Positions 12,183 to 25,404 are shown, counted from the stretch's first letter. The stretch is 64,000 nucleotides of DNA from Psammoneis japonica (GCA_008632985.1 QPGO01000010.1:248001-312000); one strand, 5' to 3'. Program-made: numbers and translations. Notes: a model not told the origin generated them from the letters alone.

Positions 12183-15100
12183 GGTTCATAGAGTGTTTGT
12201 CTTGCTCTGAAACAATCATAGCATCAACAATGAAAGAACAGCAACAGCAAGCGCAGTAGCGCAGTGTCCTTTGCCCCCACATATACGTAGAACCTACGTG
12301 GCGCCTGGTACAAAAAGGAAAGAAGGTAAGGTATTTTCTATCGATCAGTCTGTCCTGTCTTCGGTCCACGTCAGGGCAGAGGCTCAGAAGATGGCTGGCT
12401 GGAGCGACTGCGATGGCACCGGCAAGTGGGCCGGCAGTCGGTTTCAGCAGTGATTTGTCGAGTGTGAGCTTTGCACCTGCTGGTGATGGCTGGCTCACCT
12501 TCTTTTTCCTGCCAAGCCAAGACACTTTTTTTGCAGCCCAGCTGAAGTCTGCCAGTCTCTCTGCTGATGGCAGCTGTGCTGGTGATGCCTTCTCCATGGA
12601 CTCTGTCTCTGAAGCAACTGACAAAGTGGTGTGGATCATGTGAACAGCAACACGGAGTGTGCGGCACACAGACAACTGCCTCCCTCCCCCCCAAACTGAC
12701 AAGAAGGTGGTGCAAATCACATGAAGAACAGCATGTTGCACACAGGCAACTGCGCCCCAAGAAATGCACATGAGGTGCTCCCTGCCCCTGCTTCGTGGAG
12801 TCATTTTTCTTTTTTGTTTCAGGGAAGTTGTGCGCGCCCTTTTCCCATGCTGCTCTTTTGGCTGTGGTGTGCACGAACAAAATGTGGTGTGCAACAGCAA
12901 TGGCATTTTGCAACAAGTGGTGTTTGAGGGAGCTTTGCACCAGCCATCTGGCAGTTTCTGTCATGTCATGGATCAATGCTGAGATTTGCCAAGAGAAGGG
13001 TTTGCTGTTGTCATGCTTGCAAAATTGTGTGTTTGTGCTCCTTTCATCTCACAGCAAGAGGAGGTGGCACAAAAAGAGCATCAGAGCATGGTGTGGGACA
13101 TGTGCACACTGCTGCTCAACTGGCCCTCTAATTCCCACCTTCAAAGATGGGGCAGAATGAGCCATCTTGCCAGATCAATGGCAACCTTGGGTGCGTGTGT
13201 TCCCAAGTGCTCCCCCATGGACAAAATGGAGAGAGAGAGAGAGAGAGAGAGAGCTCAGTTGACAACTTCAAATCACCTGTCCCTTGCCCCTTGGATCGTT
13301 TTTACACAACAGCTCACCACACCTCACCACACGTTAACAACAGCAGCCGACCCTCCAATTCTTCTCCAACAACAAAAATTGAAACAAGTCTGAACCCTTT
13401 TTCAACAGTCTGTTGCAATTGCCAACCAATGCAGCAGGTGGTTTTTCCAAAGATTGGTTTCTCTGAAGCTTTCTCTGCCAACACTTCAACAACAAAAGAA
13501 CAAACTGCTGTTGCAAGAATTCCGTGGTTTCTTCCACTCCATGCAAGCACTTGTCAACAAACTTGACCCAATCATTGACACGTCTTCCTGAGCAGCACTT
13601 TGGATGAGCTTGGACATCATTCCCCACACCATCAACAAGGGAAGCCACCTCTGTTGCACAGCCATGTGATGTTCAAGGTGTCAGGTCTTCTTCATCCTGT
13701 TGCTTGACATGGGTGCTCAGCAACACAGCTGGCTTCAACTCCTGCACCCATCTCCAAGAACCCCTCCAGGGGTGAGCACACTCTGTTTCTTCCATTGTGT
13801 CATGGCAGGACTCCTGAGAACCTTGCAAGCCAGATCTTGAAAAACCACTGGAGCTCCTTGTCAGCACTTTGCTCTCATTTCTGCTTGTTGGTCATGCCTG
13901 GTTCTCAAACAGACCAAATGCTTCCACCCCAATTACTGAGAGCAACTTTTCCTGAAGATTGTTTGCTCATTGGTTTGTGAAGAAAGTTGTTGCTTCTGAC
14001 CTTGGTGTGGTGTGGCCAAGGACTTGTGGCTGCTTTCTTTTCAACCAGTTTTGCAGTTTTTGGGAGGTCCATGCATGGAAATTGGGTGTGGGGCAAGTGC
14101 TTTGCATTCTCCAGTCTATGAAAATTCCAGCCATCATTGTCACAGAGATTTTTGACATCTTCTTCTGTTTCTTGCTCATTTGTGTGTGTGGTGCAGTCTG
14201 TGCTGCAACAGTGCTTTGACCGCTGGCTGCTTCAACAGCTTTGGAGGCCAATTTTTTGCACTCTTCCCTCTCAGCTGCACTGTTGCTGGCATTCCAGCGT
14301 CCAGCATTGTCTTGCTTTGTTTGTGCACAAAATGACAGCGTCATCTTGAAAACCTGCACTCAGTTGCCAACAGCCAGTTGCTTGACATTGCCACATTTTG
14401 CCCACAACAAATCCTGGAATTCTTTGTTGGCTTTGAACGTCTTGGCGGCTCTTTGTGACACTTCTCACATTGGTTTTTTTAGTGTGTCTGTGAACCTCAT
14501 TTTGTTGCTGGTCCTGTCCTGAGGATGACAGAAATGTGGAAATGGGCTCCATTGTTTTCCATGATGCTGCCAGCAGTGTGGAGCTGCAAGCACAGGTTTT
14601 CCCATCTGCAACATTGCTGTGAGGTCAAACTGACAAGAGCTTTTCTTGGGCAGATTTCACATTGTTTTCACCACTGTGTGACATGGAGCTGGCCCTGATC
14701 TTTTGGGCTTCCCCCCTGCTGCTGCACACAGAGTGACCCCCCAGCACTGTGCACTTCAGTCAGTTTGTCAGAAGCAGAGCTGTTTGCTTCTCTGGTGCTT
14801 TGACAGCAAAAAGAAATTGGTGCTGACTCAGGGGCAGTTCCATTTTGCAAAGGATCTCAAAATGTTGATTTTTGACTTTGCTGCTGGGTCAAGAGGCTTC
14901 CTTGCACCTGGCTTGTGACAAACAAACTTGGTTTCTCTGCTGCTTCTCAGCTTTTTTCTCTTGCACATCTTCAGCTGTAATGTGCTGGATCTGCCGCACA
15001 CAACCAAGATTCAGATTGAGCATCACAGCCACCCTGCTGCACAGCATCATGCTTTGCAACTCAAGAGCATGGTGTCAGGAGCAAGGCATGCCAACAAGTG

Positions 15101-18100
15101 TGATGGGCAGCAGCTGTGAAACAAACATGCCCCAGGGTTGAGCATCTGCAAATGCTCTCTTTTGCAAACACCCATTGCCTCTCCCAAGCATTTTGGCACT
15201 CTCTGTCTCTGCTCAGGGACGTCCTTCACTAGAGAGCCACCATTGCCAGCAGATTTTTCTCCCCATTTTTTCTTCCTCTGGCACTTCAGCAACTTGATGG
15301 GACCACCAAGCTGGCTGAGAGTCAACAGGTGCATTTGAAAGAGCCTTCTGGGGAAGCTTGTTTTCAGCACCTGAGTTTTTGCCATCATCTTCTTTGCTGA
15401 TTTTGTCAATCATTTGTTGTGCAGGCTCTCATTGCGGGGTTTAAGTCTCTTCAACCCTTCTGGGATCTTTTCCACAAGGCAGGCTGCATTGTTCTCATGA
15501 TTGTCCCACCAGAGCCACACCAGAGCACACAATCTAAAACAATGAACATGCTGATGACTCTGCACTCCCAATGCAATCTTTTCCTCAACAAGATGTGTGC
15601 TCTGTTTGTTGTCTCCTCACCCCTCAATCAATGTTTTTCTTGTTCTTTTGCCATTCAATCTAGATTTCTGAACACCCCACTCTTGTGAAAAATTTTCTGC
15701 TTTGTCTTCACCAGTGGCTTGCACACCAACAATGGAACAACATCAAACATGTGCCCTGCATGCCACCCAAGGCCTCACCTGAGGGTGGGGGGAGCAGCCA
15801 GGAAGCTTTGTGTGGCTGCATTTCACACTGAAAATCCAAAGCTCTGTGCATCTCACATGTGCTTGCCAACCAAGTCAAGCTTCCACCAAAGAGTGTTTTG
15901 GCCCCACAGAGACATGTGTTTTCATTCCAGGGGAGAAACATTTGGACAAATCATGAGATTTTCTGTGTGTTCCCACATTGCACACACTCAGTGCCAAATC
16001 TGTGAAAGTTTGTTGAGCTTCAAAGCCCAGACATGTTTTTTTCATGTCTCCAGCCAGAAGTTCTTGTGGGTGCACACCAAGAAAATGGTGCCATGTGACT
16101 GCAACAAAACCACCTGTTCTTGCACCAATGGCTGTCATGTCAAAGAAGGTGCAGAACTGAGGCTGGTCAATGACAAGGCTGCAATCAATGTGGTGGTTGG
16201 TGTGTGTCTGAAATTTTGATTTTTGCATTTGTTGTGTTCTGTGGACATTTTTTGACTCATGAAGGTGTTTTTGATGTGCCTCTTTTTCTCAGCCTCAAAT
16301 TGTGACACAGGATTCTCCACAATGCCACCTGGCTCTGTTGACTTTGCACTGAACTCCTCCAAGCAATGAGAACAATGAATGGCTGGCACTTTGCACAATG
16401 AGCAGATCCAAGCCAAGGAAATGAGCAACAAAAAATCAGGCAAAAGTCCACCAGATTTGCTCCCACAAACCACATGGTGGCAGAAGAACATGGACAGATG
16501 ATGGGCTGTGCTCTCCCATGCCAGAGCTGCAGCAGCAGTGATTCACAGAAAACATGCCACCCACACAGTGACCACTTTTTCCCCTTTTTTGTCATTGTGC
16601 ACCACCAGCACAATTTGTTTCATTCAGCGTGCAGCAATGACCATGGGTGCACTTCAATCACTGTCTTAGAGACTGGTGCATGTTTGCTCTTCGGCTTTCA
16701 GTTTTCTTCTGTTTTTGTGCTGTTTTGCTGTCATGTTGGTGAGCATGCAATGGCAACAGAGAAAAGAGAACAGATGTGCAAGAGCAAGGATGAGAGGAAG
16801 AGAGCAAGGCCTTTCTTCACCTTTTCACTTGCTCTGTGCCACATCTTTTTGGGTGTTGGGTGACACAGTGTTGCAAGTCATTTCCAGCCCTCTTCAATCA
16901 AGAAAAAGAGTCCACCACTTCCACTGCTGTTCAAAACAAGAGGAAATGGGTGGCTGTGGGCTGTGCTGAGAGTCCACCCACCCCAGACATTGATTTTTGT
17001 TCAAGTGTTGTCCAGCCAAAGATTGTCACAGCAGGGTGCATTGGGTCAATGAGTGATGGCACAAGAGGTGGTGGTGACAGTGCACATGCTTGGGAGCAAT
17101 GTGCTTTTGTGTGGTGGCAAGTTTTGTGATTGCTCTTGAGGCACTCTCATGTTGCACAAACAACACAAAGGTTCACCATCTCAAGGTTTGGGGCAGGAGG
17201 AATCTTGTTGGCACTTGTGGTGGCCTCCCATCCAAGAATCAACAAAGTGTGCTGCTGCTGCAGCAACAGCTTGAGTGTTGCCCAGAGTGAGGTGTCTGTG
17301 AGGTTTTGGAGCAACACAGTGAGTTTTGTGGGGTTGCAAAAAAGCAAAAAGAAGTGCAGTGGCTGGTTTCCAGCTCCTCTCAAACAGCGCCAATGTTCTT
17401 GTGAGGCTGGCAGACTCCCACTCATTGCCAATTTGCCTGGCCAATCAATCATCACTGTCATTTGCAGGTGCTGCCTTTTGGCAAGAGAGTGGAGTTCAAA
17501 ACTGTGTGTGTGAGCTCTGCTGTGGCAACAAACCCAGTTAAAAAACATGCTTTTTCCCAGCTGTCTGTCTCAAGCTGGCATTGCAATGTGCACTCATTGG
17601 CACCTTTGAGTCAAAGCTGCATTTTCAATGGTGTTGATCTGAGCAGCAACTTCTTAGAGTGACCAGCTTGCAGTGGAGCCATGCCACAGGCCCTCACATG
17701 GTTGCTTTTGCACTCAGTCATCATTGTCCTGGTGTCATTTGAGCCACTCCAGGACAAAATGGAGCTTGTGCCACTGGCTTGTGTGCTGGACTCCTGACAA
17801 CCAAGCTGGTGGCTTTTCCCTTCAGCTTGCAAATCACTTTCATGGTTTTCATGCTGATCGCAGCTGCCATGTCAAATGTCAATTGGCTCCATTCTGCTGC
17901 CACTGTTCAAAACCACTGCATCAGAGGAATGGCACTGGCACCATCTTGGGCCATTTGCAGGGATGCTTCTCCAAAGAAAATCTTCCAGAGAGGATGACTC
18001 CTGCCATGATGCCAAACATGACTGTTGCAAGGGTGACATGGCCACCCAACAGGGCAGATGGACCCCCATCATCTCTCCACTGCCACCACCACTTCTTGGT

Positions 18101-20290
18101 GGTCTTGAAGAAGTTGCAGCTTTCCTGAGATGTGAGGTTGAACATGCAGAACACCTGCTCCTTCAAACTTGCAACACAGGCCCTCTCCATTTGTCAAATG
18201 TGAGTCAGAGAAACAAAGCCAGCTGAACAATCATGCAAACTGAGTGCCAATGTGGCTCTAAATGTGGTTTCTGCATGCCATGAGAGCAGAATTTTTCAGC
18301 TTTGTTTGCTGCCCATCAAGTTTGGGGCAGAAAGCAGAAACTGAACACTTCTGTGTGCACATTGATTTGCTGAAATGACAAGTTCAAAATCTTTAAAAGA
18401 AAAAGTGTCAGTGAGAGATGGCACAACTGACACTTGTCACTCAGAGGACAAACCTTGGCTTGCATGGCCATTCAGTGCAAAGATGCATCATGCACTGATG
18501 GTGCATGCATGGTCATCTTTGAAGTGCCCACCACCTGAGGACAACACAGGTGTCAACTCCCCTGCTGACAACAAAACAAAGGTGGTGCAACAGAGTGCAA
18601 GAGTGAAGTTGGAGCATGAGGCACAACTTTTGAAAAGATCTCACAAAGACAAATGGCTTGCCTCTGCTGCTGTGCAAGAGAGCCACTCCCAGGCAGGGTG
18701 CCAGAGATTGGTGTGTGAGGGAGCCCAGCTTCAAAACACAATGTCATCTAAGACAAGCAGTCTGCTGCACCTTCCCATGACTTTTGCATCATCAGTGCAG
18801 AGCTGGCTGCACTCAAGCAACAACAGTGCTTTTTGCTCATGCACAAGACTGGCCAGAACTTTCCCTTGTGCCCTGACTCAGTGCACTGTGCTTGACAAGC
18901 ATGAGCAAAAGTCTGTCACCCAAAAAAGTTGCCAAGGAGCTGCAGGCTTCTTTGTGGATTTGGAAACTCACCAGGGTGCAAAGCACCAAGCTGCCAGAAA
19001 GCACATGTGCTCCATGAGTTGCAGTCAGCTGTCGCCCAAAAGAGCCAGAGGATGAACACTTGCAGGGCAAAAAAATGGATGAGAGAGTGTGCAAGCATGC
19101 AGCTGGTGCTCACATTTTCAGTTGCTTTGTGCTCCTGGCACCTTTTTTGCTGACTTTGCAGTTGACTGGTTGGCTGTGACAGCAGCACATCAAATGACTG
19201 GGTGGAGCAAGATGTTGTTTGTCTTGCCTCAAAATCCCATGTCAAGCAGATTTGCCAGTTTCCAATCGCCTCCAATTCCAGGCTTGCCCAAGCCCTTGGC
19301 AAAGTCCATTCCTTGAAAATGCCTTTTAATGCTGTCAATTTGACCATGGACTTGAAGAAATTCTTTTGCAGTCATGCTCCAACCTTCGTTTGTGTGGGAA
19401 TTGAGTTCAAATCCTTCATGACCATTGTGAGCCAAATCAAGTCTTTCATTGCCAAAGCTCTCAAACACTTGTGCATGACCTCCAACATGAATGTCTGTAG
19501 AAAGCTTTTGCTTGAGCTTGACAACATGAGCTCCAGTCCCTGGCTTTGGCTGCAGCAATCTTCAAGCTCCTGCTTTCAAACTTTTTGAGCCCGGGGAACA
19601 TGCCAATGCCTCGTGCATGTGTGCATCAAAGCAATGACAAAAGAGGCTGCATCAAGGAACTTGTTCGTCTTGGCTCAAAATCCCAGGTCAAGTGGATTCA
19701 CCAGTTTCCAATTGCTTCCAATTCCAGACTTGACCATTTCCATCCAGCCTTTCCACTCCTTGAGGCACCCCCCATGGCGAACCTCATGTTGCAAAGAAGA
19801 CAATGGAGAAGAGTTGGGCAACCCAGTTGAAGAACATTTTGGCAAACAAAAATTTCATCCCAAGCAGAGCAAGACAAGAAAGCAATTGACAAGCTGACCA
19901 ACCTCATTGGATGCATGCAAATTGCAGCTGCACAACTGGAGGGGAACTGATTCTCAGTGGTGGGGCTGTCAGCAAAAAAAAAAAGGACGTTCAGCAGAAA
20001 AAAATGACTCAGGAACTGACCAAAGAAAAATTGAACAACCAAAGATTTGACTGCCATGATGGCATGACAGCTCCACCTCCAAATGAAACAGCTGAACCAA
20101 GCACCACTTTCTCAGAAGAATGACCCCAGCTGCATTTGTGCTTCACAGTTTCCTCAAAAACTCCAATGGAAAGGAGCAAAGAGGCTTCTGTCATGAAACA
20201 GCCCACCAAACTTGTGATGGCAAGAGTTGATTGTTGAGTCATGCAGCGTTGAAATTCAACAGCCCGTGCGCTCACTCTTGTGTCTGTCCA

Positions 20291-20540
20291 GGCCCATTTT
20301 GCTTTTCCATTGATCACTGTTTTCCCATTTGTGGTCAGGGAACCATCTTGACTGGCACAGTGTCAAACAGATCGACCGCCGTCAATGAAATGCTGGAATT
20401 CCCCACCTTGGGTTTGGAGGAGCCAAAATCAAGTCCATGCAATTGTTTCATCGCAAGGTGACAGTCATTTCACAGGGTGATCATGCAGGCATTTGCATGC
20501 CAATTTTGATTCCAAGCTTTTGGAACATGGTGTTGTGGGA
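20291..20540 (+). pseudogene. EEFSEC: Relic of selenocysteine-specific elongation factor (eEFSec/SelB) domain II
   Basis: Read across frameshifts: FSIDHCFPICGQGTILTGTV...LEFPTLGL..KIKSMQLFHRKVTVISQGDHAGICM.NFDSKLLEHGVV. Matches the eEFSec pattern VDHCF.IKGQGTV.TGT...KVKSMQMF...QGDR.GICV..FD.KLLERGLV. Confidence 0.85.
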
Positions 20541-23439
20541 GATCTGTCTGCTCTTGCTGCCACGTTCACAGAAGAGCAACTTTGCCACATTGGAATGGCG
20601 AAAATGTCAAACTGGGAGCTTGACAAAGTGGAGCGGTGTGCTGCACTTCAGCAGGAATGTCTCTCTCAAGGAAGAAAAGTGTCTGTTGCAAATGGACTCT
20701 TTGTGGGATTCATCAGCCCACCAAACTTGTCATTTCCTCAAAGATTGCAAACCTTGTGGCTGTCATGGAGCAGCTGATGCATGCTCCATGATGTGTCCAG
20801 CCTTCCCATGCCCAAACACCAGAAAGAGGCCATCAAGTGAGAGCCAAACAGATCTGGCAGAAACTCCTGCAAAAAGGCCAAGCAAACAAAATGGATGTGT
20901 TGACTGCCCTTTTAGCACAAACAATGATTTGAATTTGCACAATTCTCTGCATCAGGCTGCTCACCTTGAGGACTCAGTTTTGAGCAGCATCCAAATGTTG
21001 GATGCAGGAATTGAACAAAGATCATTTGCACTGCTGATGATGCACTGTGAGAACACATTGAGAACTGGAAAAAACAAAAAAAGACACAACAGCACACATT
21101 CACAATCCCATGCTGTGCCGTGCATTCCTCCTCATTCCTCAACAAAATGCAAGCTGAACAATCCACAAGTCAATGTGCTGGAAGATTGTCAACAACACAA
21201 GAAACTCAGAAGGATGGAGCGCTGCCAGCCAGCGCAACACTGTGTCAACTTTCATCACATCTGCAGCAGTGCCAGCTGCTGGAAGCTTGTTGGAGGATGA
21301 TGCAAGGCTCCCCAAGTCCCACAGCAAGCATCAACAATGATGCAACAAGCAGAGAATGTTGACAAGTTGACAAAATCACAGACTTGAGCCCACCTCCAGA
21401 TGCAATGGCACTTGAGATGCAGTTGCACAAGCTGCTGGCTTGCTCTACAAAAAAACCAACTTTTGCTTTTCATGAAAAGAAGAGGAGAACAAAACAACCC
21501 GCCCATCATGACAAAACATGCCAAACAGAATGTTGCAGTCAACATCAAAGTCAGAAGGCTTTCTCCATCAATGATCCAAGAATGTTGCCAAACCTGGGCC
21601 CTCATGTCATTTGGTTAGATCCATTGTTGCCTTTGGCCCACATTCATGATTCCAACAGAATCATTGTCATCATGACTGATGAAGGAGGCAACCATGGTTG
21701 GAGTCAATTCCAGTTGCTGTTTGTCAAATCATGTGAGAGCAATGATCAGGCTCAAGAAGCAACTGGCAACTTGTCTGGCAAGTCACAGTCAATTTGCACA
21801 TTGGAGTGGTTGCATTTCATTCCAAACTGGCACCACTTGCCCAACCCATTTCTTCTTCCTTTTCTTCTTGTTGCCTTTTGTTCGACTGGAACTTGGCAAC
21901 GACTCTTTAGATTCATCATTTGCTTCTGCACTTGAAGGTTGAGCAGATCTGCAGTTTGAAGCAACATGCGACAACATTTCATTGTTCAGCACACAAGAGA
22001 CAACAGTGCATGATTTGGCAATGGATTGGTTTCTTCTTGAAGTTCTTCTCCTTTTCAAACAGCCTTGTTCAGGGAGTCAGCATGGGCAGAAAGGCTCCAC
22101 AACTCTGTTCCATCATTTCCACCCACAGCAATCCAAGCCAAGTCACACCCCAGGTGCAAGGATGCAAAACCGTCCAGAATGATTTTGTGCTCTTTGTCCA
22201 TGGATTGCACCCAGATGGTTTCCGAAGCAAACTCCACACAAGTGCTGTCCCATCCCCCCCAACCAAGATGCTGCACCTTGAGCCATGCAGCAGCTCCACA
22301 CCATTTGGGTGGTGTGGCCTGATCCAGCCCACATCAACTTGTTGTTGTTGTTGTTGTTGTTGTTGTTGCTCTGTTCATTTCCACAGTTGTGCCACCCACA
22401 ATCATCTGAGGTCAGAGCTGCACACATTCTGCACTGAGTTGCTTCAACAGAGTGAACAACACCTTCATGACCTTTCAAAATGCAGTTGACTGCTTTGCAT
22501 TGCACAGGAGGATTGGTGCATCACTTCAGCCACTGTTTCTTCCGTGCTGCTGCTGGCAGTCTACAGCAGCATCTCATTTTCAACCGTCTCACCTGCCATG
22601 AACAAATCATCTGCAAAGGAATGATGGAGTGATGCACAGAGCATGTGGCACATCTCTTGGAACAGACTGTTCTTTTGACGGACACAATTTTGCAGCAGGC
22701 CTCTTGATTTTCAATCTGGAACATGTCATCAGCCACATTGTGAGCCATGGCAGCACCATTGTCAAGCCCTTGTTTCCACTGTTGCCACAAAGATTTGCAC
22801 CCCAAATCCAACCAGCAAAACAGCAAGAACAGACTGTGAAATGAGTCATCTGGCACAACAAGACACAAAGCAGCAAACCTCCTCTGCTTGTTTTTGGCAC
22901 TTGTCCCATTTAAATGAGTGCCACTGCTGCCCCCAAAACAGCCAAAACACAAACATTGCATCATCATTGGACAAATCATCTTCCTGCCCAAATCCAATGC
23001 CATGAATCATCCCTCCATTTAAAAAGCAAGCTCTGCCCAAAGCTGTTCACTCATTCTGACAAAGCAAGCAGCACAGCAGGTTGGGGGTCTTGTGCAGCAA
23101 GCAAAAGTCCACTCTCTCCATTTCAAAAGAACACAAGTGTGATGGACTGCTTTTCAAGAAAATGGTGATTTAGCAACAATGGCTCGAGCTTGTCCAGAGC
23201 TTTCTTCAGAACTGGCAACAGCACCAATCATGTTGAGAGGATTGTTCTTTGTTCTTTCGGCCTTGGCACTTCATCATCATTGCTCATTTTTGCCTCACAT
23301 TTCACACTTTTTGTGATGGAAAGCATGATGGCCATTTGCAATGAAGCAGGGTCAAAAGGTGACAATGACGACAGTTGTGAGAGCAGCAAAAACAACAACA
23401 GCAACAACAAACCCATCATCAACACAACACTCAAGAGGC

Positions 23440-23770
23440 AGAGCATTTGACAGTTGACCACAGCAGACCTGACAATGCACAAGAAGACCATCGCATTGAA
23501 AAAGCTGGTGGGTTTTGCATCAAGGGATGCATCCTTGGCATGCTGGCCATCAGCCAATCCTTGGGCAATCAAGTTCTCAAGCTGTTTGTCATTGGCGAGC
23601 CACGCATCTGCAAACGAAGAGCAGCAGCAGCAGCAACAACAATGCAGTCAGCAGCAGCAGCACCAGTGGAGGTCATCATTTCTCAGCTTCTCATTGTGAC
23701 ATGCAACGGTCTCTGGGATGCCATGTCAGATCAAGAAGCGCGGTCGATCTTGTTGTTGCTTTTCAAGGTG
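23440..23770 (+). pseudogene. Relic of a PP2C (PPM) protein phosphatase C-terminal half
   Basis: LTVDH.RPD...RIEKAGG..KGCILGMLAISQSLGN...EP...LIVTCNGLWDAMSDQEA, versus consensus LT.DH.P...RIE.AGG...GR..G.LA.SRSLGD...LI.ACDGLWDV.SDQEA. Confidence 0.85.
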
Positions 23771-24272
23771 ACAAAAGGAGATCGCACAAGCGCTGGTCAA
23801 GGAAGCTCTTCATCGCAGAACTGAAACAATTTGACAGTCATGGTCTCTTGGCCACAGTTGTTTCTTCGTGCAACACTCACAAAGATGTCATGAGTGAAAC
23901 AGTTCCTTGCCTGACATTCGCGATTGCAGCGCATGACAAAGCTGCAGTTCCACACCAATGTGGCCAACTGACAAATTCTTGCAGACACCAATGCTGACTT
24001 CTTGTTGTGTTTCCCATTCGTCTGTGACTTGTGCTGGCAGGCGGTCGAAACATGAATGTGCAAGGCAGTGGCAGCAGGGACAGTGTCAAAGCTGACAGCA
24101 CTCGGGAAGCGTCCGCGTTTGTCGCACTTCAACTTCATTCGTACTCCGTTTTGCGTCTTGCACGTCTGGACGCCCCGAGGCTGATGGTGTCGAGTGTCGA
24201 CGCTCCTCTCATAAAAAAGTACTGTATTAAAAAATACCTATCGACAGGAGCGCATCTTGACAGTGAACAATC

Positions 24273-25088
24273 ATGAATGCATCAAAACCGAAGAAAGAGC
24301 CTTCATCCACTCTGTTTAACCCCGATTTGCAGAAGGGTGAAAGGAAAGCGAAGAAAAAACTACTCAAAGCCGAGCGCAAAGCATTCCGTCTCCGCGACGA
24401 AGCAGCGGAGGCTGCCACGGTGAACAAGCTCAACGAAAGTATACAGAGAGTCGACTATCTTGCGATTCTCGACTTTGAAGCGACCTGTGACGACACTGTC
24501 AAGTTTGATGTTCAGGAAATCATTGAGTTCCCTACAGTCTTTGTGTCGACAGCTACAGGAGAGGTCGATTTTGTATTCCACACCTATGTCCAACCACAGA
24601 AACACCCGACGTTGACGGCATTCTGTACCAAGCTGACCGGAATCCAGCAGCAAGCGGTCGACGGGGGCATTTCGTTGCCAGAAGCTTTGAAATCGCATGA
24701 GGCTTTTCTGGTCGAGCAAGGGCTTGTTCCAGCGGCAAATGTGATGGACGAAGAACATGGCAACAAGGAGAGCAAAACCTTTGTATACGTGACCTGCGGT
24801 GACTGGGATCTCAGAACGTGCTTGCCTGCGCAGTTGCAGCATCTTCCCATTGCATGCCCACGGCCATTGAAAAGCTGGTGTAACCTCAAGGTTGTATTCC
24901 AACAAGTCTATGGCGTCAAGGCAAAAGGCATGACCTCGATGCTGGACCACTTGAAACTCGAGCTGGAAGGGAAACACCATTCGGGAATTGACGATTGCAA
25001 GAACTTGGCACGCATCGTGAAGGAAATGCTATTGAATGGCGGTTGGAAGCCTCATCGTGGCATAATCACAGGAACAGCATTGCGTTAG
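24273..25088 (+). CDS. ERI1-family 3'-5' exoribonuclease (DEDDh)
   Basis: Motifs ILDFEATC, EIIEFP, FHTYVQP..HPTLTAFCTKLTGIQQ, TCGDWDL, LEGKHHSGIDDCKN. Intact and intronless. Confidence 0.93.
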   Translation: MNASKPKKEPSSTLFNPDLQKGERKAKKKLLKAERKAFRLRDEAAEAATVNKLNESIQRVDYLAILDFEATCDDTVKFDVQEIIEFPTVFVSTATGEVDFVFHTYVQPQKHPTLTAFCTKLTGIQQQAVDGGISLPEALKSHEAFLVEQGLVPAANVMDEEHGNKESKTFVYVTCGDWDLRTCLPAQLQHLPIACPRPLKSWCNLKVVFQQVYGVKAKGMTSMLDHLKLELEGKHHSGIDDCKNLARIVKEMLLNGGWKPHRGIITGTALR

Positions 25089-25404
25089 GTTGCAAGAAGT
25101 TATAACATTATCACTACTCTAAATCTTAAGGATCACTGGGACGATAGTCGTTCCTACCGCTGATGACGTCCGCAAACGCCAGTGCCACGCACCTCCCGTC
25201 GAAGTAGAGAGCCCGTGGTAGTGTCTGCAACTTCTTTTCACATTCGCCACGCACCTTTTGGTGAAAACGGATGCCCCCCGTCCTTGCGCTGCTCCAGAGC
25301 TTCGCCCCTGTTGTTTCCGACTCTTCAACAAATAAAACTACTGCTTCTCACTGTGCTTTGTATCTTGCGCCAACTTTGGGGCTCTTTGTGTAATTGTTCT
25401 TACC

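Larger units (their letters stand above)
12345..24140. other. TpA- and CpG-depleted hypermutated block 1 (decayed gene/TE relics)
   Basis: 0 TA in 12421-13020; 1 TA and 1 CG in 17701-18300; about 26 TA found by eye in about 11.8 kb. Unaffected 301-420 has 10 TA and 6 CG in 120 bp. Confidence 0.95.

Noticed and set aside
22339..22368. Microsatellites: (TGT)n here; also (GA)n about 13228, (GCA)n about 23619, (TGC)n about 28198 and 47327, poly-C 62741-62761
   Set aside because: Ordinary simple repeats in unconstrained DNA with no sign of function.
12371..24138. Dense overlapping 60-290-aa ORFs in all six frames (also in the other blocks, for example 27452-28306 and 32719-33726)
   Set aside because: Artefact of TpA loss: TAA and TAG stops vanish, so frames stay open. 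The translations lack Tyr and are Cys/His/Gln-rich, so they are not real proteins.
12345..24140. Classical fungal RIP or simple 5mC decay as the full explanation
   Set aside because: RIP raises TpA and AT content, and CpG deamination does not remove TpA. Here TpA is the most depleted dinucleotide.
12345..24140. Foreign insertion (virus or contaminant) with an intrinsically odd composition
   Set aside because: The blocks contain decayed fragments of ordinary eukaryotic genes and of families present in the flanks, recur six times between normal genes, and show no viral hallmark genes.
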